Shown here in pieces: positions 9,611 through 18,040 of a stretch of 64,000 nucleotides of DNA. The position numbers and the translations under genes were made by a program. The stretch comes from Candidatus Yonathbacteria bacterium RIFCSPHIGHO2_02_FULL_44_14 (GTDB lineage Bacteria > Patescibacteriota > Minisyncoccia > Phycocordibacterales > UBA1550). The stretch's first letter is position 1; each line of letters begins with the position of its first letter. The stretch lies in the NCBI GenBank assembly GCA_001823535.1, contig MHUT01000011.1, positions 9,864 through 73,863 of the forward strand. Reading direction: 5' to 3'. The notes under the pieces were generated by a model. That model searched no databases. It was not told where the DNA came from and saw only the letters and a program-made list of their open reading frames with translations.

Positions 9611-9832
9611 CTAGTCGGGAATTGACAGTATTTTCCCCGGAGAATGATGCCCCGAAATGATGCGTATCTGCTTTGACGCCATACCGAAATGCCTAGCAAT
9701 GATTTCTAGCACTCTAGTATTCGCTCGATTCCCCTCTGCAGGCTCTTTTACTGATAATAAAAAAGAATCTTCCGAGCCTGCCTCGAACGATTCCTTTCTA
9801 GCTCCTGCTATCACACGCACACGAATATACAT
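9611..9832 (-). CDS. DUF167 (YggU-like) family protein
   Basis: 73 aa; EPAEGNRANTRVLEIIARHFG...IISGHHSPGK matches the UPF0235 pattern. Confidence 0.6.
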   Translation of the reverse strand: MYIRVRVIAGARKESFEAGSEDSFLLSVKEPAEGNRANTRVLEIIARHFGMASKQIRIISGHHSPGKILSIPD

Positions 9833-9843
9833 ACTTATCTGGA

Positions 9844-11283
9844 TTAAATTACTTCCACCATCACCATGTTCGTTCCTCCGGTATGCCCAAATGGCACGCC
9901 AGCCGCCACTACCACCTTGTCTCCCTTCTTTGCAAGCTTATGCTTGAGTACATAGGCACGAACAACCTTCATGACATCAGAAACATTCGTAAAGTTGTCA
10001 ATACGTGCGGGAAAACACCCAAACACAAGTCCGAGCTGTCGTATCACATGCCCCTTCGGGCTCATGGCAATGACCGGCTGTGCTGGGCGGTAGCGCGACA
10101 CCATACGTGCAGTGAGTCCCGACTCAGAAAGCGCGATAATCGCTTTTGCGCCGACGGTCGACGCAGTACTCACCACAGAAAAAGTAACAGCGTCCACGAC
10201 ATCCCTACGATGAGTGCTATTGTCAGTTTCAGATGTGAATATGTCGCCATAAAGCGCCTCGTGGTGTGGATAATTCTTTTCTGCAATCTCTGCAATATCG
10301 GACATCATCTTTACGGTTTCAACCGGGTATTCACCGAGTGCGCTTTCTTCTGAAAGCATTACTGCATCTGCTCCATCAAGAATTGAATTTGCGACATCGG
10401 ATACTTCAGCACGTGTTGGCACGGGCGACTTGATCATCGACTCCATCATTTGTGTTGCAACAATGACCGGCTTGCCAGCAACATTACATTTCTCAATAAT
10501 CATTTTTTGGAGAATCGGCACCTCTTGCGCAGGAACCTCTACTGCAAGATCTCCGCGCGCAATCATCACACCGTCAGTTTCAGCAATAATCGAATCGATG
10601 TTCTCGATTGCTTCACCTGTCTCGATTTTTGCGATAATTTTTGCTGTTGATTTTGCTTTTGTAAGAATAGCGCGCAGCTCACGAATATCGGATGCACGCC
10701 GGACAAACGAGAGTGCGACATAGTCGACCTTATGTTCAATACCAAAAAGAACATCCTTTTTATCTTTTGCGGTTAGACAACTGATCTTGAGGGATACCCC
10801 AGGGAGGTTTACCCCTCGACGACCCTTGATTTCGCCACCCACAATAATACGACATTTGATTTCAGTACCCACCACAGAGATTACATCAAACCGTTTTTTC
10901 CCGTCATCAAGCAAAATTGCATCACCTTTTTTAAGTTCCTTTGGCAAATCAGCATAATTCACATATGCCTTGCCTTCATCACCAAGGCATTTTTTTGTAG
11001 TGAGCGTAAAAATACCTCCCTTTTTAAGCGTCACACGCTCTTGATAAAGATCACCGATGCGAATCTTTGGACCTGAAAGATCTTGCAGGATTGCAGTTGG
11101 GGTGCCAAGCTTTTCTGCTGCAGCGCGAATATTTTTCACTTGCACAAGCGCACCCTCGTGAGTACCGTGAGAAAAATTCAAACGACAAACATTCATTCCC
11201 GCTTTTATAAGATTGGTTAGCATTGCCTCGCTTTCAGATGCGGGGCCAATTGTTGCTACGATTTTCGTCTTTTTCATTGTCAT
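9844..11283 (-). CDS. pyk: pyruvate kinase
   Basis: MKKTKIVATIGPASESEAMLTNLIKAGMNVCRLNFSHGTHE; start trimmed to ATG 11283 (MTMKK), the upstream ORF extension is unlikely. Confidence 0.9.
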   Translation of the reverse strand: MTMKKTKIVATIGPASESEAMLTNLIKAGMNVCRLNFSHGTHEGALVQVKNIRAAAEKLGTPTAILQDLSGPKIRIGDLYQERVTLKKGGIFTLTTKKCLGDEGKAYVNYADLPKELKKGDAILLDDGKKRFDVISVVGTEIKCRIIVGGEIKGRRGVNLPGVSLKISCLTAKDKKDVLFGIEHKVDYVALSFVRRASDIRELRAILTKAKSTAKIIAKIETGEAIENIDSIIAETDGVMIARGDLAVEVPAQEVPILQKMIIEKCNVAGKPVIVATQMMESMIKSPVPTRAEVSDVANSILDGADAVMLSEESALGEYPVETVKMMSDIAEIAEKNYPHHEALYGDIFTSETDNSTHRRDVVDAVTFSVVSTASTVGAKAIIALSESGLTARMVSRYRPAQPVIAMSPKGHVIRQLGLVFGCFPARIDNFTNVSDVMKVVRAYVLKHKLAKKGDKVVVAAGVPFGHTGGTNMVMVEVI

Positions 11284-11512
11284 GGCGGTGATGTTTAAAT
11301 TCAGATAAGTAAGCCTGAATATTACCAAAATTTTGCAATTTCCCCAAATTTTGTTATTATGCAACCTGTATTCCACGTAGCCGAATCAGCTGATTCCGAA
11401 TTAGTAAATTCGTGTCTTGGACATAAACATCAGCAGGTTCACATCTTGGATGAAAGCTTGGCCATAATCGTGGCAAATCCAAATATGCTTTTCGTAGAAT
11501 CAAATCGTAAAT

Positions 11513-11611
11513 ATTCCGCGGTAGCTCAGTGGCAATAGGAATTAGCCAAGCGACTGGTTTTAACAGTCGAGAACGAGCTACGGGAATCCAGGGTTTATAT
11601 AGAAGTTAAAT
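11513..11611 (+). repeat. 99-bp tandem repeat unit 1: degenerate 5' half of tRNA-Asn (pseudo-tRNA) plus ~45 nt unrelated tail
   Basis: Begins attccgcggtagctcagtgg identical to tRNA-Asn 5' end; D-arm cannot close; no T-arm or 3' acceptor. Confidence 0.8.
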
Positions 11612-11710
11612 ATTCCGCGGTAGCTCAGTGGCAATAGGAATTAGCCAAGCGACTGGTTTTAACAGTCGAGAACAAGCTACGGGAATCCAGGGTTTATATA
11701 GAAGTTAAAT
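11612..11710 (+). repeat. 99-bp tandem repeat unit 2 (1 mismatch vs unit 1)
   Basis: Near-identical to 11513-11611 (gaacgagc vs gaacaagc). Confidence 0.8.
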
Positions 11711-11712
11711 AT

Positions 11713-11784
11713 TCCGCGGTAGCTCAGTGGTAGAGCAAGCGACTGTTAATCGCTTGGTCGTAGGTTCGATCCCTACCCGCGGAG
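11713..11784 (+). tRNA. tRNA-Asn (anticodon GTT)
   Basis: Manual fold: acceptor tccgcgg/ccgcgga, D arm gctc-agtggta-gagc, anticodon arm agcga-ctGTTaa-tcgct, T arm gtagg-ttcgatc-cctac, discriminator G; CCA not encoded. Confidence 0.85.
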
Positions 11785-11798
11785 CAAAAAAACAATAG

Positions 11799-11828
11799 CA
11801 CCCCTTCCTCGGGGTGTTTTTTGTTTTG
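11799..11828 (+). terminator. rho-independent terminator after tRNA-Asn
   Basis: caccccttcctcggggtg hairpin followed by ttttttgtttt. Confidence 0.6.
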
Positions 11829-11836
11829 AATAGCTT

Positions 11837-11858
11837 CCGCGCGGGTAGGGATCGAACC
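11837..11858 (-). repeat. inverted copy of tRNA-Asn 3' end (T-arm + acceptor)
   Basis: Minus strand reads ggttcgatccctacccgcgcgg, matching the last ~20 nt of the tRNA; no D or anticodon arm, so not a tRNA. Confidence 0.7.
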
Positions 11859-11993
11859 GAAGTCCCACCATTTTGGGAATGAGAGTATTCTCGAAGACCT
11901 ACAAAATGGACGGCCTCGACAGTAAGGGGAGGTGTCACTAAATCTTTTCCGCGCATGCAATGCTCGTACAAAAGTGCAATGACTACTTATTAT

Positions 11994-12692
11994 CTATTGA
12001 GTAGTGGATGCGACAGTAAAGGTTGCCGTTCCCGAGGCAAATGATGCCCAATCTTCGGTCTGATCAGAGCTATGTGAACGGCCGTATATCCAAACAGAAT
12101 ACTCCTTGTCGAGGATTAAAGCTGGGCCGTCATACACCTTGGAAATAGTAGGACCAGATGAAGTAAAGGGTGTTAGCATTCGCTGCGAACTACTTCCATC
12201 ACTAGGCGCCACAATAACCCAGTAGCCTAGCGATTGAGATGAGCCACCTGCTGGCTGCCACCTAAATGTTGGGTTTAATGAACCGGAAGATTCAACAACA
12301 ATAGGAGTTTGGATTGGGAACGTTCCAATAAGAGTTGATGTTGAGGTTCGAGTAGCCGGTCCTTCTGTGCCTAAAGCACTAACTGCTGTCACATAATATA
12401 AGTACTCACCTACAGCATAACTGGAAACTGGTTGCGAACTAGTGCGAGATAAATACCACATGGAACCTGGGCAACCTGTTGGCCCACCACCTAGCGAGGT
12501 GAGGACCCATGTTCCGTATGTTCTTTTGGTAGAGCAAGAGGTAATCTCTGATGGATCAGTAAATTCTCCAACAAGATTAAAAGTAGAATCCTGTGGTCTT
12601 TTTTGATACAAGCGGAATGCGCTCACATTGGAGAGATTATTTATGTCAAACTTAAAATTTAAACTTTCTGATGCCTTCACCCAATTGCTCAC
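11994..12692 (-). CDS. hypothetical Ser/Thr/Gly-rich domain, in frame with upstream pilin across one TGA; GTG start with GGGAG RBS if independent
   Basis: 232-aa ORF; same reading frame as 12711-13289, separated by TGA + 6 codons. Confidence 0.4.
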   Translation of the reverse strand: MSNWVKASESLNFKFDINNLSNVSAFRLYQKRPQDSTFNLVGEFTDPSEITSCSTKRTYGTWVLTSLGGGPTGCPGSMWYLSRTSSQPVSSYAVGEYLYYVTAVSALGTEGPATRTSTSTLIGTFPIQTPIVVESSGSLNPTFRWQPAGGSSQSLGYWVIVAPSDGSSSQRMLTPFTSSGPTISKVYDGPALILDKEYSVWIYGRSHSSDQTEDWASFASGTATFTVASTTQ

Positions 12693-12710
12693 ACCGCTCC
12701 CTATGCCGAA

Positions 12711-13289
12711 TCATACCCTAAGTTCCGTTGGTGCGGGCAAGGAAGCTATTGGAGGGGGTATGATTTCATCAGTTGTTGTTGCTGTTGCGGGTTGGGATGT
12801 AACAATCTCGGTAGAAGATGCAAAGCGCCACCCGCTTGCGCCAGGATTTGCGAGAGCCAAGAACTTTCCACTTGCCTTTTCGTAATACTGGCAGGAAGAA
12901 CCACCGTCACCACAGGCAGCCTGATTACCATTCTGTTCAAGGAAAGAAATAACTTCATAGTCATTCCCTTGGCGAGAATAATGAAATTTGTGTTCATCAA
13001 CATCAATGGGGTCCGAAGGAATAGCGGATATATATTTTGGTACAAGTCCGGGGATCCATTCTGGATTGCCGTTCAAATATTCAACACCATCTCCACCAGG
13101 AGGTAATCCTCCGTTGTCATTTTGATAGAGTGCAACAGCATTCGTAATCTGGTTTACACTAGCTACTCGCTGAGCATCACGCGCTTTCTCACGAGCAGTG
13201 TTCAATTTTGCGATAACAATAGAGCTCAAGATTCCAACAATTGCAACAACAACAAGGATTTCAATAAGTGTAAATCCCCAATCGTGCAA
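12711..13289 (-). CDS. type IV pilin-like protein (prepilin N-terminal methylation motif)
   Basis: MHDWGFTLIEILVVVAIVGIL: class III signal G|FTLIE followed by hydrophobic helix. Confidence 0.75.
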   Translation of the reverse strand: MHDWGFTLIEILVVVAIVGILSSIVIAKLNTAREKARDAQRVASVNQITNAVALYQNDNGGLPPGGDGVEYLNGNPEWIPGLVPKYISAIPSDPIDVDEHKFHYSRQGNDYEVISFLEQNGNQAACGDGGSSCQYYEKASGKFLALANPGASGWRFASSTEIVTSQPATATTTDEIIPPPIASLPAPTELRV

Positions 13290-13478
13290 CCTATCCTTAA
13301 TTTTTTTGATATGGCTTCTGCGCTACAATCTCTCTTTGATGTTTATTTCTTTTGTCATAGTTATATAATTATAACATAATGGACTCAAGCCCCTAATGTT
13401 CGCAAGTCATTTCCGCAACGGCATTTTCTAGCCTTCTCTCAATCCCCTTCCAATTCAAAGTTCTGAACTTGTGTACTA

Positions 13479-14717
13479 TTGGAAACATCAAAACAAAAGC
13501 ACCTTAGTGCAACGCGTTTGTTTTCGTTGCGTGGCTGTGGTTTAATTGACAACATGACAATCGAAACAATACCGGAGGCACAGGATCTTGAAAAAGATAA
13601 ACTTATTGATCCCCGCGCGTATGAAGTCGCTGACTGTGGAAATTATGCGGAGATCGTAAACACGCTTACCAAAGAAAATTTACTCAACGAGGAGATCGAG
13701 CGAGTACAAGATTGCTACAAAACGACCCTCGAACATGCGGTATGGATGACCGAGAAAGACTGGGAGATGCTTACGGTCATGGACTGCTATGACAACCGGA
13801 CAGCGCACCACTGCGTAGAGACGCTCCGCATCGCAGAAGACAGGATCGAGCGATTCAAGGCGGGTGGAAAAAAGTTTTCTGAATTAATAAAAGACGAGGA
13901 GGTCCCACTCGATGAATTTTTTCGCGCATGCTTGTTCCATGACATCGGGAAATGCCTTATTCCACGCGCTATTTTAAATAATTCCTTTTTCGATGAAGAT
14001 TTCGACACTCAGCTTTGTAACGACATTTTTCGAGGCGGCAAAAAAGAGTTTCTCGCTGCTATTGAAAAAACAACAGGACATATTTTCGAGGGGGAAGGAA
14101 ATGACATGGATCTACGTGAATATTTGCGAACGAACCACGTTCACACGATGCGGTATGTTCCTGCAATAGAAATGTTGAGCGAGGAGGATATTAATGTTGC
14201 GCGCGAGCGCTTTCCGAGTCTCAATTTTTCAAAAGCGACCCTTGCAGATATTCTTGAATTTCACGAAGAAAATTCGGAAAATATATTACTTGCTCAAGGG
14301 TTTGATATGGCGGCCAATATTGCGGGTAAGCACCACAACTACCGCAAACTAGAGATGCGTTTCCCTGTGAGTACAGACATCCTCGGGGTGACCATCGCAC
14401 TCGAGGAGCTCCTCACACTCTCAGACATGAAGCAAGCGTTGTCAGCGAAACGCTCTTACAAAAACTCTCTGAATTCACCATTGATCCTTCATAATCTTAT
14501 ATTTGAGGCAGAGAGGCACGAGATCAGTCCTGTCATAACAAGTTTGTGGGTCGAGCAAGAGCTTGCGCTTATTTCCTCCGAAGAACGTCGAGGGCATGAT
14601 GAGCAAACAATCTTTGCGATTCATGAATGCGAAGAATTCATAAAAAAACACCAATCGCTGGTTGAAGATTTTGTTAATGCTATCCAAAACAAAACTGTTG
14701 AAACGAGTACTTACTAG
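13479..14717 (+). CDS. HD-domain metal-dependent phosphohydrolase family protein
   Basis: H...HHCVETLRIAED then ACLFHDIGKCLIP (HD motif); true start may be MTIETIP at 13554. Confidence 0.5.
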   Translation: METSKQKHLSATRLFSLRGCGLIDNMTIETIPEAQDLEKDKLIDPRAYEVADCGNYAEIVNTLTKENLLNEEIERVQDCYKTTLEHAVWMTEKDWEMLTVMDCYDNRTAHHCVETLRIAEDRIERFKAGGKKFSELIKDEEVPLDEFFRACLFHDIGKCLIPRAILNNSFFDEDFDTQLCNDIFRGGKKEFLAAIEKTTGHIFEGEGNDMDLREYLRTNHVHTMRYVPAIEMLSEEDINVARERFPSLNFSKATLADILEFHEENSENILLAQGFDMAANIAGKHHNYRKLEMRFPVSTDILGVTIALEELLTLSDMKQALSAKRSYKNSLNSPLILHNLIFEAERHEISPVITSLWVEQELALISSEERRGHDEQTIFAIHECEEFIKKHQSLVEDFVNAIQNKTVETSTY

Positions 14718-14793
14718 AAATTACATATTCAAATAATTATCCAATTATCCATAAACTGGGAATTGTTCCTTTTGGAGTGATCTACTATTTCGT

Positions 14794-15521
14794 ATGGAAA
14801 AGATAATGAACACATCCTCCTCTCATGTCGAAGTACATTCAAATACATCTGGGCGACAACTTAATTGGCTTAGGGCGGCAGTGCTCGGCGCCAACGATGG
14901 CATTGTCTCTATCGCAGCTCTTGTAGTCGGTGTCGCAGGAGCGTCTGAATCTTTGAATTTCATTCTCGCTGCGGGTATATAGCGGGGATTCTCGCCGGTG
15001 CACTCTCGATGGCGGTTGGCGAGTATGTTTCCGTGAGCACACAGAGAGACACTGAGCGAGCGCTTATAGCAAAAGAGTTGCACGAACTCGAAAATGAAGC
15101 TGAGCACGAGTTAAACGAGCTGGTAATGCTCTATGAGGCGAAAGGACTGACACACAGAACAGCTACCACTGTCGCACAGGAACTCACCGCACACGACGCC
15201 TTTGTGGCCCATGTTGACGCAGAGCTACACATTGACCCCAACAATCTAACCAATCCATGGCACGCAGCATTTGCATCTGCCTCATCATTCTTTTTTGGTG
15301 CAATGATACCCCTTGTTGCAGTAATTGTTCCCTCACCAACACTGCGTGTCCCCGTCACTTTTATTGCGGTTCTCTTTGCGCTCGTGATTACAGGTTCACT
15401 CAGTGCCCACACAGGCGGCGCAAACAAAACACGCGCAACAATAAGAGTTGTGTTTGGAGGTGCGCTTGCCATGGTAATAACCTTTGCTGTTGGAAAACTT
15501 TTTAGCATTAATGGAGTGTAA
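14794..15521 (+). pseudogene. VIT1/CCC1-family iron/manganese transporter disrupted by a frameshift at a (TA)3 run
   Basis: 14794-14982 encodes WLRAAVLGANDGIVSIAALVVGVAGA...FILAAGI*; 15009-15521 continues in another frame with MAVGEYVSVSTQRDTE...; upstream extension of frame 2 reads YIAGILAGALSM, so one protein is split at gggtatatagcgggg. Confidence 0.7.
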
Positions 15522-15585
15522 TTGCATTCGCCGCGATCCAAGCAGACTGGTTGTATAATTCTCGAAAATTCCCTAAAATGAGATA

Positions 15586-16461
15586 ATGAAGAAATTCGCG
15601 GAAGAGAACCCTTTTTTTGTTGCATTACCAATAGCTATTATTGTTTTTTTCAGCGTCCTCACGTGGGGAATGTCCATGTTGCGACAGCCCCAAACTCCAG
15701 ACTTATGGGGATCCTTGGCCGCTGTTGTGGTATCGCAGGATGAAACAATATCTACCACTACGCCACACATTGTTGATATGCATCCACGTTTCGAATACAT
15801 AGAAGTACTTGATAGCTGCGGACCATACTATACGGGAGCCTGTGTCAATATGCGTTCAGGACCTGGCGAGGAATATCCGATAATTGGGCGCCTGCGCACT
15901 GGCGTAGTGCTCAAGGTTGCGGACACGGTGATACAGGATGAACATGCGTGGCATAGGATTATGTTTGACGAGGGTGTGCGGTATCCTGAACGAGTAACGG
16001 GAGACTGGTATGTTTCTGCTGATTATGTGCAATTGTTCACAGACAAAGGCGACGAGATTTTGGCGACTCACGCAGACGGCAAAAATGCTAAACTCATTAT
16101 CGTAGACCTTTCTGAACAAATGCTATACGCCTACGATGACGACACATTGTTTATGCAAGAACCAATCTCGACGGGTCTTGAGTTTACACCAACACCCCGT
16201 GGCACATTTACGGTGTTCAAGAAAACTCCGAGCCGTTACATGCAGGGTCCGATACCTGATGTTAGCGATCAATACTTTGACCTGCCTGGTGTACCTTGGG
16301 ATCTATATTTCACCAATGAGGGAGCAGTCATCCACGGTGCCTACTGGCACGATAATTTTAGTAAACCGTGGTCTCACGGATGCGTCAATTTATCGCCCCA
16401 AAAAGCAAAGGAACTCTATCAATGGGCCAATATCGGCACGTCTATTATCGTGCGTGATTGA
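15586..16461 (+). CDS. L,D-transpeptidase with SH3b-like domain
   Basis: C-terminal YkuD catalytic motif HGAYWHDNFSKPWSHGCVNL; N-terminal TM; SH3-like CVNMRSGPGEEYPIIGRLRTGVVLKV. Confidence 0.8.
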   Translation: MKKFAEENPFFVALPIAIIVFFSVLTWGMSMLRQPQTPDLWGSLAAVVVSQDETISTTTPHIVDMHPRFEYIEVLDSCGPYYTGACVNMRSGPGEEYPIIGRLRTGVVLKVADTVIQDEHAWHRIMFDEGVRYPERVTGDWYVSADYVQLFTDKGDEILATHADGKNAKLIIVDLSEQMLYAYDDDTLFMQEPISTGLEFTPTPRGTFTVFKKTPSRYMQGPIPDVSDQYFDLPGVPWDLYFTNEGAVIHGAYWHDNFSKPWSHGCVNLSPQKAKELYQWANIGTSIIVRD

Positions 16462-16517
16462 TTAAAAACCAAACTCAAATCCTTGCGTGTATTATATATA
16501 TGTGTTAGCGTCAACCA

Positions 16518-17114
16518 ATGATACCATATATTAGTGCGCCAATAATTTATCCGGCCAGCGCGCCGTTTGAGATTAGTATCGCAAAAGCTCCAACGGTCCC
16601 CTTTTATTCTCAATTTAAGGATATTCAGTCTTTGAGTTGGAAAAAAAATGGTTGCGGAATAGCCAGTATGGCAATGCTGATTGAATTTTACAAACCCGGA
16701 ACCGTGTCAGTGGATAAATTACTAACGCAAGCTATTGCATCAGGTGCTTACAAGCAGGATGCTGGTTGGAAACACAGGGAGCTTGCTCTCCTGTCTAAAA
16801 AATACGGACTTGAAGGAAAAAACTATGACCTTTCAAATTCTGACAAAAACGTTGCCTTTGCACAGTTCAAAGATTTTTTAGAAGACGGCCCCGTAATAGC
16901 ATCCGTGTATAATAAGTTTGACCCAAAAAGTACGGTACCTCATCTGGTGGTCATAAACGGCATCAAGGGAGACACTGTCTACTATAATGACCCGGCCGCC
17001 AAAACTGCGGGAAAAGAAATTTCCACTGCCGATTTTCTCAAAGGTTGGAAAAAAAGATTCATAGTTGTAAGACCGGCAAAAGAGAGCAATAAGATTATAC
17101 TAACCAAAAAATAG
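16518..17114 (+). CDS. C39-like (papain-fold) peptidase domain protein
   Basis: WKKNGCGIASMAMLIEFY catalytic-Cys context and ...HLVVINGIKGDTVYYNDPA typical of the Peptidase_C39_2 family. Confidence 0.5.
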   Translation: MIPYISAPIIYPASAPFEISIAKAPTVPFYSQFKDIQSLSWKKNGCGIASMAMLIEFYKPGTVSVDKLLTQAIASGAYKQDAGWKHRELALLSKKYGLEGKNYDLSNSDKNVAFAQFKDFLEDGPVIASVYNKFDPKSTVPHLVVINGIKGDTVYYNDPAAKTAGKEISTADFLKGWKKRFIVVRPAKESNKIILTKK

Positions 17115-17137
17115 ATTTAATATTTTTCATTAATTAC

Positions 17138-17521
17138 ATGCAAGAAAGTTTCCCAAACCCAATTGAAGAAAGAGAGCGAGTCAGACTAGAGTATGTCGCT
17201 CTGGCTATTGAGCTTAGCGAAAGCAACGAAATCTTTCCTTTTCCTGGAATCGACCCGGAAGGATATTCAAAAGTAAAAGCTGTTGAGGAGGAATATCCGG
17301 GTTACGGCACACCGATAGACGAACTAATTGGGAGATTTAAAAATGAAGGGATAAAGGTTGTCATGAGCGACGACCCCAAAAAAAGTGGCACTGTTTATAT
17401 CTTACCAGCACTGAGTAGTGATATTGAAAATGACAACGTTTTCCCGAGACAACTGCAAATAGTTGAAACGGTGGACGAGAGACTGAAGAAGTTGATTTTA
17501 ATAGGACGAAGTCGTGTGTAA
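17138..17521 (+). CDS. hypothetical protein
   Basis: 127-aa acidic ORF, no family recognised. Confidence 0.35.
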   Translation: MQESFPNPIEERERVRLEYVALAIELSESNEIFPFPGIDPEGYSKVKAVEEEYPGYGTPIDELIGRFKNEGIKVVMSDDPKKSGTVYILPALSSDIENDNVFPRQLQIVETVDERLKKLILIGRSRV

Positions 17522-17569
17522 AAAACGGGGGGATTATTAAAGTAGCAACTTCCCCCTCAACTTAGTAGC

Positions 17570-17598
17570 TTGACTTTTTTAGCTGGATATGCTAAACT
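17570..17598 (+). promoter_or_regulatory. sigma70 promoter TTGACT-N17-TAAACT for cspA with ~125-nt 5'UTR
   Basis: ttgact 17570-17575, taaact 17593-17598, 17-nt spacer; long leader typical of cold-shock genes. Confidence 0.55.
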
Positions 17599-17727
17599 GT
17601 AACTACAAAAGTAGTAGGGAGAGGTTGTAGGGAGATGTCGATTTCGAATCAACTGATTCGTGGCTTGGCCATAAACTAAGTCGCGGCTATATTTTGTATA
17701 TTAGTTAGGTTAAATAAATTAAATTTT

Positions 17728-17925
17728 ATGAAAGGTATTGTAAAAAAAGTTACTGACAAGGGTTTTGGTTTTATCACCGCAGAAGGTTTGGACAAGGATT
17801 TGTTCTTCCACTCAAACTCACTCGTAGGTGTTGCATTTGACGACATTCGTGAGGGTGACGAAGTTACTTTCGAGACCGAAGATGGTCCTAAAGGGAAGAG
17901 CGCAGTAAACGTAGAGCGCGTATAA
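17728..17925 (+). CDS. cspA: cold-shock protein (CspA family)
   Basis: MKGIVKKVTDKGFGFITAEG...VTFETEDGPKGKSAVNV; RNP1-like KGFGFI. Confidence 0.9.
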   Translation: MKGIVKKVTDKGFGFITAEGLDKDLFFHSNSLVGVAFDDIREGDEVTFETEDGPKGKSAVNVERV

Positions 17926-17947
17926 TGACTCAACAAAAGACCCATCG

Positions 17948-17981
17948 GCATATGCCGATGGGTCTTTTGTTTTTATATATC
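17948..17981 (+). terminator. rho-independent terminator after cspA
   Basis: gacccatcggcatatgccgatgggtc hairpin + ttttgttttt. Confidence 0.75.
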
Positions 17982-18040
17982 ACAATGTAGTGCAAGTTGC
18001 GCACATTAGGTGTAAAATTAAAAAGTACAAATCGCACACC

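Noticed and set aside
9883-10353. 156-aa plus-strand ORF
   Set aside because: Antisense overlap with pyruvate kinase. No family signal.
9844-11376. Full 510-aa pyruvate kinase ORF starting at 11376
   Set aside because: First 31 codons (MEYRLHNNKIWGNCKILVIF...) are not PK-like. Conserved N-terminus begins at MTMKKTKIVATIGP, so the start was set at 11283.
11513-11710. The two 99-bp repeats as functional tRNA genes (the anticodon-like loop gttttaa would give tRNA-Lys UUU) or as a CRISPR array
   Set aside because: D-arm cannot close, no T-arm and no 3' acceptor strand, so not a tRNA. The units are contiguous with no spacers and are tRNA-derived, so not CRISPR.
11830-11960. A minus-strand tRNA gene downstream of tRNA-Asn
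   Set aside because: Only the last ~20 nt (T-arm + acceptor 3' strand) match. The upstream part lacks D and anticodon arms. Called as an inverted partial repeat instead.
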